32,000 nt of DNA from Delftia acidovorans NBRC 14950 (GCF_001598795.1 NZ_BCZP01000003.1:352602-384601), one strand, 5' to 3'; shown: positions 1-8,190, counted from the first letter of the stretch. Translations and numbers: made by a program. Notes: generated from the letters alone by a model not told the origin.

Positions 1-886
1 TGGGCTCGGCGCCTATCTCCTCCATCTTCCTGCGGAACTGCGGCGACTCGATGATGCGGTTCATGTCCGCGCCCAGCCGCGCCAGTACCTCGCGCGGCGT
101 GGCGGCCGGTGCCAGCACGCCGAACCAGGTGCCCATGTCGAAGCCCTTGAGGCCGGCTTCGTCCAGCGTGGGCACATCGGGCAGGGCCACCGAGCGCCGG
201 GCCGTGGTCACGGCCAGCGCGCGCAGCTTGCCAGCCTTGATGTGGGGCAGCACAGGCGTGACGGTATCGAAGGACATGGCGATCTGCCCGCCCAGCAGAT
301 CCGTGGTCAGCGGCCCGCTGCCCTTGTAGGGCACGTGCAGCAGTTCCACGCCGCCCATGGACTCGAACTGCGCGCCGATCAGGTGCTGGCCCGTGCCCGC
401 GCCGTTGGAGCCATAGGCCAGCTTGCCGGGGTGGGCCCGGGCCTGGGCCAGCAGCTCCTGCACGGTTTTGGCGGGCACCTGCGGATTGACCACCAGCACA
501 TTGGGGACCACGGCCACTACGGTGATGGGCGCCAGGTCCTTCTGGAAGTCATAGCCCAGCCTGCGGTAGACGCTGGTGGCAATGGTGTGGTGCACGGCGC
601 CCATGAGCAGGGTGTAGCCGTCAGGTTTCGCCTTGGCCACATGGTCGGCGCCCAGGGTGGCGCCCGCGCCGGGGCGGTTTTCCACGACCACGGGCTGGCC
701 CAGACTTTTGGACAGCTCCTGGCCCAGCGCACGTGCCAGCACATCGGTGGTGCCGCCTGCGGGAAACGGCACGATGAGGTTGACGGGGCGCGCCGGCCAG
801 GCCTGGGCCCAGGCCGAAGACATGGCGGCTGGAATGGTGGCGGCGGCCAGCGCGCACGCGGCTGCAACCCTGGTGATGCGGTTCAT
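1..886 (-). CDS. Bug/TctC-family (tripartite tricarboxylate transporter) periplasmic substrate-binding protein. Partial: the 3' end runs off the left edge, so it is absent from the supplied ORF track.
   Basis: Own translation of the minus strand from ATG at 886..884: MNRITRVAAACALAAATIPAAMSSAWAQAWPARPVNLIVPFPAGGTTDVLARALGQELSKSLGQPVVVENRPGAGATLGADHVAKAKPDGYTLLMGAVHHTIATSVYRRLGYDFQKDL...GSNGAGTGQHL...VPYKGSGPLTTDLLGGQIAMSF. Signal peptide plus typical Bug-family motifs; the frame stays open to position 1. Confidence 0.85.
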   Translation of the reverse strand, partial: MNRITRVAAACALAAATIPAAMSSAWAQAWPARPVNLIVPFPAGGTTDVLARALGQELSKSLGQPVVVENRPGAGATLGADHVAKAKPDGYTLLMGAVHHTIATSVYRRLGYDFQKDLAPITVVAVVPNVLVVNPQVPAKTVQELLAQARAHPGKLAYGSNGAGTGQHLIGAQFESMGGVELLHVPYKGSGPLTTDLLGGQIAMSFDTVTPVLPHIKAGKLRALAVTTARRSVALPDVPTLDEAGLKGFDMGTWFGVLAPAATPREVLARLGADMNRIIESPQFRRKMEEIGAEP

Positions 887-938
887 GGCTTGTCTCCTGT
901 CTGTTCTTTTGTGGGTTATCGGACCATGCAGCGCGCGC

Positions 939-2045
939 TCAGGCAGGCACGGGCTCGGCCTGGGCCTCGGCGGTCTGCGCGCGCAGCCGTGCGCAGACCG
1001 CGTCGGTGACCTGCCTCGTGGTGGCCTTGCCGCCCAGGTCGCGCGTGTGCAGCGCGGCATCGGCCGTCACCTGCTCCACGGCCTGCATCAGCCGCTGCGC
1101 GGCGCGGTGCTCGCCCAGGTGTTCCAGCAGCATCACGCAGCTCCAGAACGTGCCCACGGGGTTGGCCAGGCCCTGGCCCATGATGTCGAAGGCCGATCCG
1201 TGGATGGGCTCGAACATGCTGGGGTAGCGGCGCTCCGGATCGATGTTGCCCGTGGGCGCAATGCCCAGGCTGCCGGCCAGCGCGGCCGCCAGGTCGCTGA
1301 GGATGTCGGCATGCAGGTTGGTGGCGACCAGGGTGTCCAGCGAGGCCGGGCGGTTGACCATGCGCGCCGTGGCCGCGTCCACCAGCTCCTTGTCCCAGCG
1401 CACGTCGGGAAACTCGGCAGCCACCTGCACCGCGATCTCGTCCCACATCACCATGGCATGGCGCTGGGCGTTGGACTTGGTGATCACCGTCAGCAGCTTG
1501 CGCGGCCGCGACTGCGCCAGGCGGAAGGCAAAGCGCATGATGCGCTCCACGCCCGCGCGGGTCATCATGCTCACGTCGGTGGCCACCTCGATGGGATGGC
1601 CCTGGTGGGCGCGGCCGCCCACGCCCGCGTATTCGCCTTCGGAGTTCTCGCGCACGATGACCCAGTCCAGATCCTCTCGCGCGCAGCGCTTGAGCGGCGC
1701 ATCGATGCCGGGCAGGATGCGCGTGGGCCGCACATTGGCGTACTGATCGAACCCCTGGCAGATCTTCAGGCGCAGGCCCCACAGCGTGACATGGTCGGGA
1801 ATGTGCGGGTCGCCGGCCGAGCCGAACAGGATGGCGTCCTGGCCGCGCAGCGCGTCCAGCCCGTCGGCCGGCATCATCTCGCCGTGCGCGCGGTACCAGT
1901 CGCCGCCCCAGCCGAAACTGGTGAAGGCAAAGCCCAGGCCGGGCTGGGTTTCGGCCAGCGCCTGCAGCACCTCCTGCCCTGCGGGCACCACTTCCTTGCC
2001 GATGCCATCGCCGGGAATGCAGGCGATGCGGTATGTCTTTGTCAT
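939..2045 (-). CDS. dmlA: Tartrate dehydrogenase/decarboxylase / D-malate dehydrogenase (isocitrate/isopropylmalate dehydrogenase superfamily, TtuC/DmlA type)
   Basis: ORF 939..2090(-). The likely start is the internal MTKTYRIACIPGDGIGKEV at 2045, preceded by AAGGAG (2051..2056, 5-nt spacing). Near-colinear with my recollection of Pseudomonas tartrate dehydrogenase (LWGLRLKICQGFDQYANVRPTRILPGI, DLDWVIVRENSEGEYAG, LLTVITKSNAQRHAMVMWDE, ATNLHADILSDLAAALAGSLGIAPTGNIDPER). Confidence 0.9.
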   Translation of the reverse strand: MTKTYRIACIPGDGIGKEVVPAGQEVLQALAETQPGLGFAFTSFGWGGDWYRAHGEMMPADGLDALRGQDAILFGSAGDPHIPDHVTLWGLRLKICQGFDQYANVRPTRILPGIDAPLKRCAREDLDWVIVRENSEGEYAGVGGRAHQGHPIEVATDVSMMTRAGVERIMRFAFRLAQSRPRKLLTVITKSNAQRHAMVMWDEIAVQVAAEFPDVRWDKELVDAATARMVNRPASLDTLVATNLHADILSDLAAALAGSLGIAPTGNIDPERRYPSMFEPIHGSAFDIMGQGLANPVGTFWSCVMLLEHLGEHRAAQRLMQAVEQVTADAALHTRDLGGKATTRQVTDAVCARLRAQTAEAQAEPVPA

Positions 2046-2139
2046 GAGGGCTCCTTGGATTGCGGTGGATGAAGCGCCATGCGGTTCCATGGCCTTGTCC
2101 GTGAATCTATCGATGGAACAACGCCGCGCGCGCCTCTAG

Positions 2140-2158
2140 AGTGATGGCATCGTTCACT
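2140..2158. promoter_or_regulatory. Dyad AGTGA-N9-TCACT in the dmlA/lysR divergent intergenic region; candidate LysR-type binding site
   Basis: Perfect 5-bp arms read directly, 11 nt upstream of the LysR ATG. A second dyad, GTTCCAT-N22-ATGGAAC, lies at 2084..2119. No experimental or comparative support. Confidence 0.3.
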
Positions 2159-2169
2159 TTGATTCAACA

Positions 2170-3093
2170 ATGAGCACACCCGTCTCAGCGCCATCGGAGA
2201 TGGCCTTCTTCTGCCTGCTGGCCCGCAGCGCCAGCCTGTCGGCCACGGCCCGCGAGCTGGGCATCACCACGCCGGCGGCCAGCAAGCGCCTGTCCCAGAT
2301 GGAGGCGCGGCTGGGCGTGCAACTGGTCAGCCGCACGACGCGGCGCCTGGGCCTGACCGATGAGGGCCAGACCTACCTGGCCCATGCGCGGCGCATCCTG
2401 GACGACATTGCCGCCATGGATCAGGCCGTGGCCGGCATGCCCGGGCAGCCGCAGGGCCTGCTGCGCATCAATGCCACGCTGGGATTCGGGCGCAGCCATA
2501 TCGCGCCGCTGATCGCCAGCTTCGTGCGCAGGCACCCGCAGATCCAGGTGCAGCTGCAGCTGTCGGCCTCGCCGCCGCCGTTGGTGGATGACAGCTTCGA
2601 CCTGTGCATACGCTTTGGCGAACCGCCGGACGCGCGCATCATCGCGCGGCGCCTGGCGCCCAACCGGCGGCTGCTGTGCGCGTCTGCCGCCTACCTGGCA
2701 CGGCGCGGCACGCCAGCCACCCCGCGCGAGCTGATGCAGCACGACTGCATCGACATCCGCCAGGGCGACGACGCCCACGGCGTCTGGCGCTTCACCCACA
2801 ACGGCCCCGGCCGCAAGACCGAAGCCATCCGCCTGCGCGACAGCCTGAGCACCAACGATGGCGAGATCGCCGTGGGCTGGGCCCTGGCCGGCCTGGGCAT
2901 CGTCATGCGCGCCGAATGGGATGTCGCCCGCTACCTGCGCAGCGGCCGCCTGGTGCAGGTGCTGGCCGACCATGCCACGGCGCCGGCCGACATCCATGTG
3001 GTCTATCCGCAGCGGCATGCGGCAACCCAGCGCGTGCAGCGCTTTGTGGAGCACCTGGCACGGCACTTCGATACGGCCGCGCCCGGTTTCTGA
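2170..3093 (+). CDS. LysR-family transcriptional regulator, divergent from the dehydrogenase gene (DmlR-like arrangement)
   Basis: N-terminal HTH: FFCLLARSASLSATARELGITTPAASKRLSQMEARLGVQLVSRTTRRLGLTDEG. About 300 aa with a LysR substrate-binding-type C-terminus. Confidence 0.9.
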   Translation: MSTPVSAPSEMAFFCLLARSASLSATARELGITTPAASKRLSQMEARLGVQLVSRTTRRLGLTDEGQTYLAHARRILDDIAAMDQAVAGMPGQPQGLLRINATLGFGRSHIAPLIASFVRRHPQIQVQLQLSASPPPLVDDSFDLCIRFGEPPDARIIARRLAPNRRLLCASAAYLARRGTPATPRELMQHDCIDIRQGDDAHGVWRFTHNGPGRKTEAIRLRDSLSTNDGEIAVGWALAGLGIVMRAEWDVARYLRSGRLVQVLADHATAPADIHVVYPQRHAATQRVQRFVEHLARHFDTAAPGF

Positions 3094-3134
3094 AAAGGGA
3101 TGCCGTATGCGGGGAAACGCCAATAAGCAGTAGA

Positions 3135-3157
3135 CAGAAACTGTATACAACTCTTGT
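3135..3157. promoter_or_regulatory. Candidate GntR/FadR-type operator upstream of gntR-puuE operon (CAGAAACTGTATACA-ACTC-TTGT)
   Basis: Contains the 8-bp palindrome TGTATACA (3142..3149). The same CTGTATACA-N4-TTGT and CAGAAACT words recur upstream of the permease gene (8191..8224). Confidence 0.45.
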
Positions 3158-3179
3158 GACCAGCCGCTATGATGGCTGA

Positions 3180-3857
3180 ATGGAGACTTCCACCACCAGT
3201 TTCATTGTCGAGAGCCTGACCCGGGCCATCGTCGAACACCGTCTTCTGCCCGGCACCAAGCTGGCCGAGCAGAAATTGGCAGACCATTTCGGCGTCTCGC
3301 GCACCCTGGTGCGCCAGGCGCTGTTCCAGCTGTCGCAAAACCGCCTGATCCGGCTCGAACCCGCGCGCGGGGCCTTCGTGGCCACGCCCTCGGTGGACGA
3401 GGCGCGCCAGGTCTTCGCCGTGCGCCGCATGCTCGAAGCCGAGATGGTGCGCGCCTTCATCGCCCAGAGCACGCCGGCCAAGATCCGCGCGCTGCGGCAG
3501 CATGTGGCGGCCGAGAAAAAGGCCATGGACGGCAACGACGTCGGCCAGCGCACCGAGCTGCTGGGCGACTTCCACGTGCGCATGGCCGAACTCATGGGCA
3601 ACGAGGTGCTGGCCCAGCTGCTGGGCGAGCTGATCTCGCGCTGCGCGCTGATCACGCTGATGTACCAGTCCAGCACGGCCGCCGAGCATTCCCATGACGA
3701 GCATGCCGAAATCGTCACGGCCCTGGCCGGCGGCGACGCCGACCACGCCGTGCAGCTCATGCAGCAGCACCTGGACCACGTGGAAGCCGGCCTGACCTTC
3801 GACCGCGACATGCCGACCAGCGATCTTTCGATGGCCCTTTCCTCCGTATCCGCATGA
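3180..3857 (+). CDS. GntR-family transcriptional regulator (FadR/FCD subfamily), first gene of the purine-catabolism operon
   Basis: wHTH: LLPGTKLAEQKLADHFGVSRTLVRQALFQLSQNRLIRLEPARGAFVA, followed by a helical FCD-like domain (FHVRMAELMGNEVL, HDEHAEIV). Its stop overlaps the puuE start (ATGA at 3854..3857). Confidence 0.9.
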   Translation: METSTTSFIVESLTRAIVEHRLLPGTKLAEQKLADHFGVSRTLVRQALFQLSQNRLIRLEPARGAFVATPSVDEARQVFAVRRMLEAEMVRAFIAQSTPAKIRALRQHVAAEKKAMDGNDVGQRTELLGDFHVRMAELMGNEVLAQLLGELISRCALITLMYQSSTAAEHSHDEHAEIVTALAGGDADHAVQLMQQHLDHVEAGLTFDRDMPTSDLSMALSSVSA

Positions 3858-4810
3858 CCTACGACGCCACTGCCCCCTATCCCCGCGACCTGATCGGCTA
3901 CGGTCGCACGCCCCCCCACGCCCGCTGGCCCGGCCAGGCCCGCGTGGCCGTGCAGTTCGTCCTCAACTATGAAGAGGGCGGCGAGAACTGCGTGCTGCAC
4001 GGCGATGCCGCCAGCGAGCAGTTCCTGTCCGAAATGTTCAACCCGGCCGCCTACCCCGAGCGCCACATGAGCATGGAAGGCATCTATGAATACGGCTCGC
4101 GCGCAGGCGTCTGGCGCATCCTGCGCGAGTTCGAGAAGCGCGGCCTGCCGCTGACCGTGTTCGGCGTGGCCACGGCCCTGCAAAAGCACCGCGAGCTGGC
4201 CCAGGCCTTCGATGAGCTGGGCCATGAAGTGGCCTGCCACGGCCTCAAGTGGATCCACTACCAGGGCGTGCCCGCCGAGGTGGAACGCGAGCACATGCAG
4301 CAGTGCATGGAGATCTTCGGCGAGCTGTACGGCCACGATGGCGACCACGGCCTGGGCTGGTACACGGGCCGCGACAGCCCCAACACCCACCGCATGGTGG
4401 CCGACGACGGCCGCTTCGCCTACGACAGCGACTACTACGGCGACGACCTGCCCTTCTGGATGAAGGTCGGCAAGAGCGACGGCAGCACCCACAGCCAGCT
4501 CATCGTGCCCTACACGCTGGACTGCAACGACATGCGCTTCGCCCTGCCCCAGGGCTACTCGCACGCCGACCCGTTCTTCCAATACCTGAAGGACACGTTC
4601 GACGCCCTCTACGCCGAGGGCGATCCGGCCGGCGATGACGCCCCCAAGATGATGAGCATTGGCATGCACTGCCGCCTGCTGGGCCGCCCCGGCCGCATCA
4701 CGGCACTGCAGCGCTTTCTGGACCACATCCAGCGGCACGACAAGGTCTGGGTCTGCCGCCGCATCGACCTCGCGCGCCACTGGGCGCACCACCATCCCGA
4801 CAAGGAATAA
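3854..4810 (+). CDS. puuE: Allantoinase PuuE (polysaccharide-deacetylase-fold, metal-independent type)
   Basis: YPRDLIGYGRTPPHARWPGQARVAVQFVLNYEEGGENCVLHGD...MSMEGIYEYGSRAGVWRILREF...GWYTGRDSPNT...IVPYTLDCNDMRF...FFQYLKDTFDALY...MMSIGMHCRLLGRPGR. Matches my recollection of Pseudomonas PuuE almost motif for motif. Confidence 0.93.
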   Translation: MTYDATAPYPRDLIGYGRTPPHARWPGQARVAVQFVLNYEEGGENCVLHGDAASEQFLSEMFNPAAYPERHMSMEGIYEYGSRAGVWRILREFEKRGLPLTVFGVATALQKHRELAQAFDELGHEVACHGLKWIHYQGVPAEVEREHMQQCMEIFGELYGHDGDHGLGWYTGRDSPNTHRMVADDGRFAYDSDYYGDDLPFWMKVGKSDGSTHSQLIVPYTLDCNDMRFALPQGYSHADPFFQYLKDTFDALYAEGDPAGDDAPKMMSIGMHCRLLGRPGRITALQRFLDHIQRHDKVWVCRRIDLARHWAHHHPDKE

Positions 4811-4816
4811 CGCAGC

Positions 4817-6592
4817 ATGGCTCTGACGCTGGAACAACTCAACGCCGCCGACCTGGCCACCGCCGCCAGTCTGCTCGACGGCCTCTACGAACACTCGCCC
4901 TGGATTGCCGAGGCCGCGCTGGCCCAGCGCCCCTTCCGCTCGCTGGCCCAGATCAAGTACGCCATGGCCCAGGTGCTGGACAAGGCGCCGGTGCAGGCCA
5001 AGCTCGACCTGATCCGCGCCCACCCGGAGCTGGCCGGCAAGGCCATGGAGACCAATACGCTCACGGCCGAATCCACCAACGAGCAGAACAAGGCCGGCCT
5101 GACGCGCTGCACGCCCGAGGAGCTGGAGCACATCCGCAAGCTCAATGCCGAGTACGGCAAGCGCTTCGGCTTTCCCTTCATCCTGGCCGTGCGCGGTCCG
5201 CGCGGCGCGGGCCTGGCCAAGGCCGAGATCATCGAGACCTTCGAGCGCCGCCTGCACAACCATCCCGACTTCGAGCTGGGCGAGGCGCTGCGCAACATCC
5301 ACCGCATTGCCGAGATCCGCCTGAACGACAAGTTCGGCTACACGCCCGAGCTGGGCAACGATGTCTGGGACTGGCAGGAAAAGCTGGCCCAGCACAGCGA
5401 CCCCGGCTATGCCGAAAAGGGCCAGCTCACCGTCACCTACCTGACCGATGCCCACCGCGCCTGCGCCCAGCGCATCAGCCACTGGATGCGCGACTGCGGC
5501 TTCGACGAGGTCGAGATCGACGCCGTGGGCAACGTCGTGGGCCGCTACAAGGCGGCCACCGACGATGCCAGGACTCTGCTGACCGGCAGCCACTACGACA
5601 CCGTGCGCAACGGCGGCAAGTACGACGGCCGCCTGGGCATCTTCGTGCCCATGGCCTGCGTGCGCGAGCTGCACCGCCAGGGCAAGCGCCTGCCGTTTCA
5701 CATCGAGGTCGTGGGCTTCTCGGAAGAGGAGGGCCAGCGCTACAAGGCCACCTTCCTGGGCTCGGGCGCACTGATCGGCGACTTCAAGCAGGAATGGCTG
5801 GAGCAAAAGGATGCCGACGGCATCACCCTGCGCGAGGCCATGCAGCACGCCGGCCTGTGCATTGACGACATTCCGAAGCTGCAGCGCGATCCGGCCCGCT
5901 ACCTGGGCTTCATCGAAGTGCACATCGAACAGGGCCCGGTGCTCAACGAGCTGGATATCCCGCTGGGCATCGTCACCTCCATCAACGGCAGCGCGCGCTA
6001 CATCTGCGAGATGATCGGCATGGCCAGCCACGCCGGCACCACGCCCATGGACCGCCGCCGCGATGCCGCCTGCGGCGTGGCCGAGTTGGCGCTGTACATC
6101 GAAAAGCGCGCCGCGCGCGACGGCACCTCGGTGGCCACCATGGGCCAGCTCAATGTGCCCAGCGGCTCGGTCAACGTGGTTCCCGGCCGCTGCCAGTTCA
6201 GCCTGGACCTGCGCGCGCCCACCAACGAGCAGCGCGACGCCATGGTGGCCGACATCCTGGCCGAGATCGAGGCCATCGCCCAGCGCCGTGGCCTGCGCTA
6301 CAGCACCGAGCTGGCCATGAAGGCCGCCGCCGCTCCCAGCGCCCCCGAATGGCAGCAGCGCTGGGAAGCCGCCGTGGACGCCCTGGGCGTGCCCCTGTAC
6401 CGCATGCCCAGCGGCGCCGGCCACGACGCCATGAAGCTGCACGAAATCATGCCCCAGGCCATGCTGTTCGTGCGCGGCCTGAACGCCGGCATCAGCCACA
6501 ACCCGCTGGAAAGCTCCACCGCCGACGACATGCAACTGTCCGTCGATGCCTTCTCCCACGTACTGAACCAGCTGGCCCAAGAGCAGCAATGA
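4817..6592 (+). CDS. uraD/allC: Fusion protein: N-terminal OHCU decarboxylase (UraD) domain + C-terminal allantoate amidohydrolase (AllC, M20 hydantoinase/carbamoylase-type)
   Basis: N-terminal about 170 aa: LYEHSPWIAE, IRAHPELAGK, FGFPFILAVRG, ALRNIHRIAEIRL (UraD-like). The remainder: GSHYDTVRNGGKYDGRLGI, VVGFSEEEGQRY, EVHIEQGPVL, ASHAGTTPM, SGAGHDAM (AllC-type). Confidence 0.9.
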   Translation: MALTLEQLNAADLATAASLLDGLYEHSPWIAEAALAQRPFRSLAQIKYAMAQVLDKAPVQAKLDLIRAHPELAGKAMETNTLTAESTNEQNKAGLTRCTPEELEHIRKLNAEYGKRFGFPFILAVRGPRGAGLAKAEIIETFERRLHNHPDFELGEALRNIHRIAEIRLNDKFGYTPELGNDVWDWQEKLAQHSDPGYAEKGQLTVTYLTDAHRACAQRISHWMRDCGFDEVEIDAVGNVVGRYKAATDDARTLLTGSHYDTVRNGGKYDGRLGIFVPMACVRELHRQGKRLPFHIEVVGFSEEEGQRYKATFLGSGALIGDFKQEWLEQKDADGITLREAMQHAGLCIDDIPKLQRDPARYLGFIEVHIEQGPVLNELDIPLGIVTSINGSARYICEMIGMASHAGTTPMDRRRDAACGVAELALYIEKRAARDGTSVATMGQLNVPSGSVNVVPGRCQFSLDLRAPTNEQRDAMVADILAEIEAIAQRRGLRYSTELAMKAAAAPSAPEWQQRWEAAVDALGVPLYRMPSGAGHDAMKLHEIMPQAMLFVRGLNAGISHNPLESSTADDMQLSVDAFSHVLNQLAQEQQ

Positions 6593-7881
6593 CCGACATG
6601 AACCAAGACAAGCAAGCCACCTACGCCGCCCTGGACGCCTGGATCGACCAGCATTTCGATGAAGAGGTGCAATTCCTGCAGGCCCTGGTCCAGGTTCCGA
6701 CCGACACCCCGCCCGGCAACAACGCCCCCCACGCCGAGCGCACGGCCGAGCTGCTCAAGACCCTGGGCTACGAGGCCGAGAAGCACACCGTGCCCGAGGC
6801 CGAGGTCAAGGCCTACGGCATGGAATCCATCACCAACCTGATCGTGCGCCGCCCCTATGGCAGCGCAGGTGACGCCGGCGGCGGCCTGACCATTGCGCTG
6901 AACGCCCACGGCGACGTGGTGCCGCCCGGTGAAGGCTGGACCCAGGACCCCTATGGCGCCGCCATCGAGGACGGCAAGCTCTACGGCCGCGCCGCCGCCG
7001 TGAGCAAGAGCGACTTCGCCACCTTCACCTACGCCGTGCGTGCGCTCGAAGCCGTGGCCCGGCCCTCCAAGGGCGCGGTGGAACTGCACTTCACCTATGA
7101 CGAGGAATTCGGCGGCATCCTGGGCCCCGGCTGGCTGCTGGCCAACAACCTCACCCAACCCGACCTGATGGTCGCGGCCGGCTTCAGCTACGAAGTCGTC
7201 ACCGCCCACAACGGCTGCCTGCAGATGGAAGTGACCGTGCAGGGCAAGATGGCCCACGCCGCCGTGCCCCACACGGGCGTGGACGCGCTGCAGGCCGCCG
7301 TGGTGCTGATGAATGCGCTGTACGCCGAGAACACCAAGTACCAGCAGGTGACCTCCAAGGTGCCGGGCATCAAGCACCCCTACCTGAACATCGGCCGCAT
7401 CGAAGGCGGCACCAACACCAACGTGGTGCCCGGCAAGGTCGTGCTCAAGATCGACCGCCGCATGATCCCCGAGGAGAACCCGGCCGAGGTCGAGGCCAGC
7501 ATCCGCGCCGTCATCGCCCAGGCCATTGCCGACTTCAACGCCAAGGGCGGCTACACGGGCGAGGATGCCGTGCGCGTGGACATCAAGCGCCTGCTGCTGG
7601 CCAATGCCATGACGCCGCTGGCGGGCAACAAGCCCCTGGTGGACGCCATCCAGGCCCATGGCGAAGCCGTGTTCGGCGAAAAGCCCCCGGCCGTGGGCAC
7701 GCCGCTGTACACCGACGTGCGCCTGTACGTGGAGCGCGGCATTCCCGGCGTGATCTACGGCGCCGGCCCGCGCACCGTGCTGGAGTCCCATGCCAAGCGC
7801 GCCGACGAGCGCCTGGTGCTGGAGGACCTGCGCCGCGCCACCAAGGTCATCGCGCGCATGCTGTGCGACCTGACGGCCTGA
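6589..7881 (+). CDS. M20-family metallohydrolase (ArgE/DapE/ACY1/CPG2-like deacylase), last gene of the purine operon
   Basis: The real start is MTDMNQDKQ at 6589 (ATGA overlap with the allC stop at 6589..6592). The track ORF 6349..7881 has an Arg/Pro-rich artefactual N-terminal extension. Motifs: ALNAHGDVVPPGEGWTQDPYGAAIEDGKLYGRAAA, HFTYDEEFGG, GKMAHAAVPHTGVDA, GGTNTNVVPGK. Confidence 0.85.
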   Translation: MTDMNQDKQATYAALDAWIDQHFDEEVQFLQALVQVPTDTPPGNNAPHAERTAELLKTLGYEAEKHTVPEAEVKAYGMESITNLIVRRPYGSAGDAGGGLTIALNAHGDVVPPGEGWTQDPYGAAIEDGKLYGRAAAVSKSDFATFTYAVRALEAVARPSKGAVELHFTYDEEFGGILGPGWLLANNLTQPDLMVAAGFSYEVVTAHNGCLQMEVTVQGKMAHAAVPHTGVDALQAAVVLMNALYAENTKYQQVTSKVPGIKHPYLNIGRIEGGTNTNVVPGKVVLKIDRRMIPEENPAEVEASIRAVIAQAIADFNAKGGYTGEDAVRVDIKRLLLANAMTPLAGNKPLVDAIQAHGEAVFGEKPPAVGTPLYTDVRLYVERGIPGVIYGAGPRTVLESHAKRADERLVLEDLRRATKVIARMLCDLTA

Positions 7882-7900
7882 CCGCCTGACCGCCTGACGG
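7869..7900 (+). repeat. Four tandem copies of the octamer CCTGAC(G/C)G spanning the stop codon of the M20 gene
   Basis: Read directly: cctgacgg cctgaccg cctgaccg cctgacgg. TGA triplets at 7871, 7879, 7887 and 7895 fall in all three frames. Confidence 0.85.
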
Positions 7901-7924
7901 CCCGCATCAAGGCACGACACCCAA

Positions 7925-7947
7925 GCCCGGCGCCGCCGGGCTTTTTT
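7925..7947 (+). terminator. Rho-independent terminator of the purine-catabolism operon
   Basis: GCCCGGC-gcc-GCCGGGC (7-bp GC stem, 3-nt loop) followed by TTTTTT (7942..7947). Confidence 0.7.
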
Positions 7948-8190
7948 GCGCCCGGGCACCGCATCGGGGTGCATGCACCGCCGCAGCCCATGCCGTGCTC
8001 CAGAGCCGCGCACGAACCGCGCCCAAGCCGCGCCAAGCCGCGCGGTAGCGGCCGCCAGGCACCAGCACGGTGCCTGGTGCTTGCCAGGCGGCTGGCATCC
8101 ATCTTGCAATGCACCATGGCACTCCCGCCCTGGCAGGCGTTGCGCACCAAAACGGGTTGGCGCGACTGCCGCAACAGGGTTTACCGGGAG

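Noticed and set aside
633-2072. 479-aa + strand ORF, and other long alternative-frame ORFs (916..1782-, 17865..19556-, 20126..21718-, 24601..26127+, 24773..26149-, 15695..16954-)
   Set aside because: All overlap genes with clear family signatures in another frame or strand, and they translate to Arg/Gly/Ala/Pro/His-rich low-complexity sequence. They are GC-rich shadow ORFs.
3169-3219. 16-codon mini-ORF (MMAEWRLPPPVSLSRA) overlapping the gntR start out of frame
   Set aside because: No RBS and no supporting feature. It is most likely a chance ORF created by the ATGATG next to the real start.
6349-6588. Upstream extensions of track ORFs (6349..7881, 21839..23206, 22986..24839, 939..2090, 27209..27718, 29304..30776)
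   Set aside because: The extensions overlap the preceding genes and are Arg/Pro-rich. Internal ATGs with an RBS or ATGA coupling give N-termini typical of the respective families.
3167-6589. 1140-aa ORF on the minus strand
   Set aside because: It runs antisense to four well-supported + strand genes (gntR, puuE, uraD::allC). The translation is low-complexity (Ala/Gly/Val/His runs) with no motifs. This is the typical long shadow ORF of GC-rich DNA.
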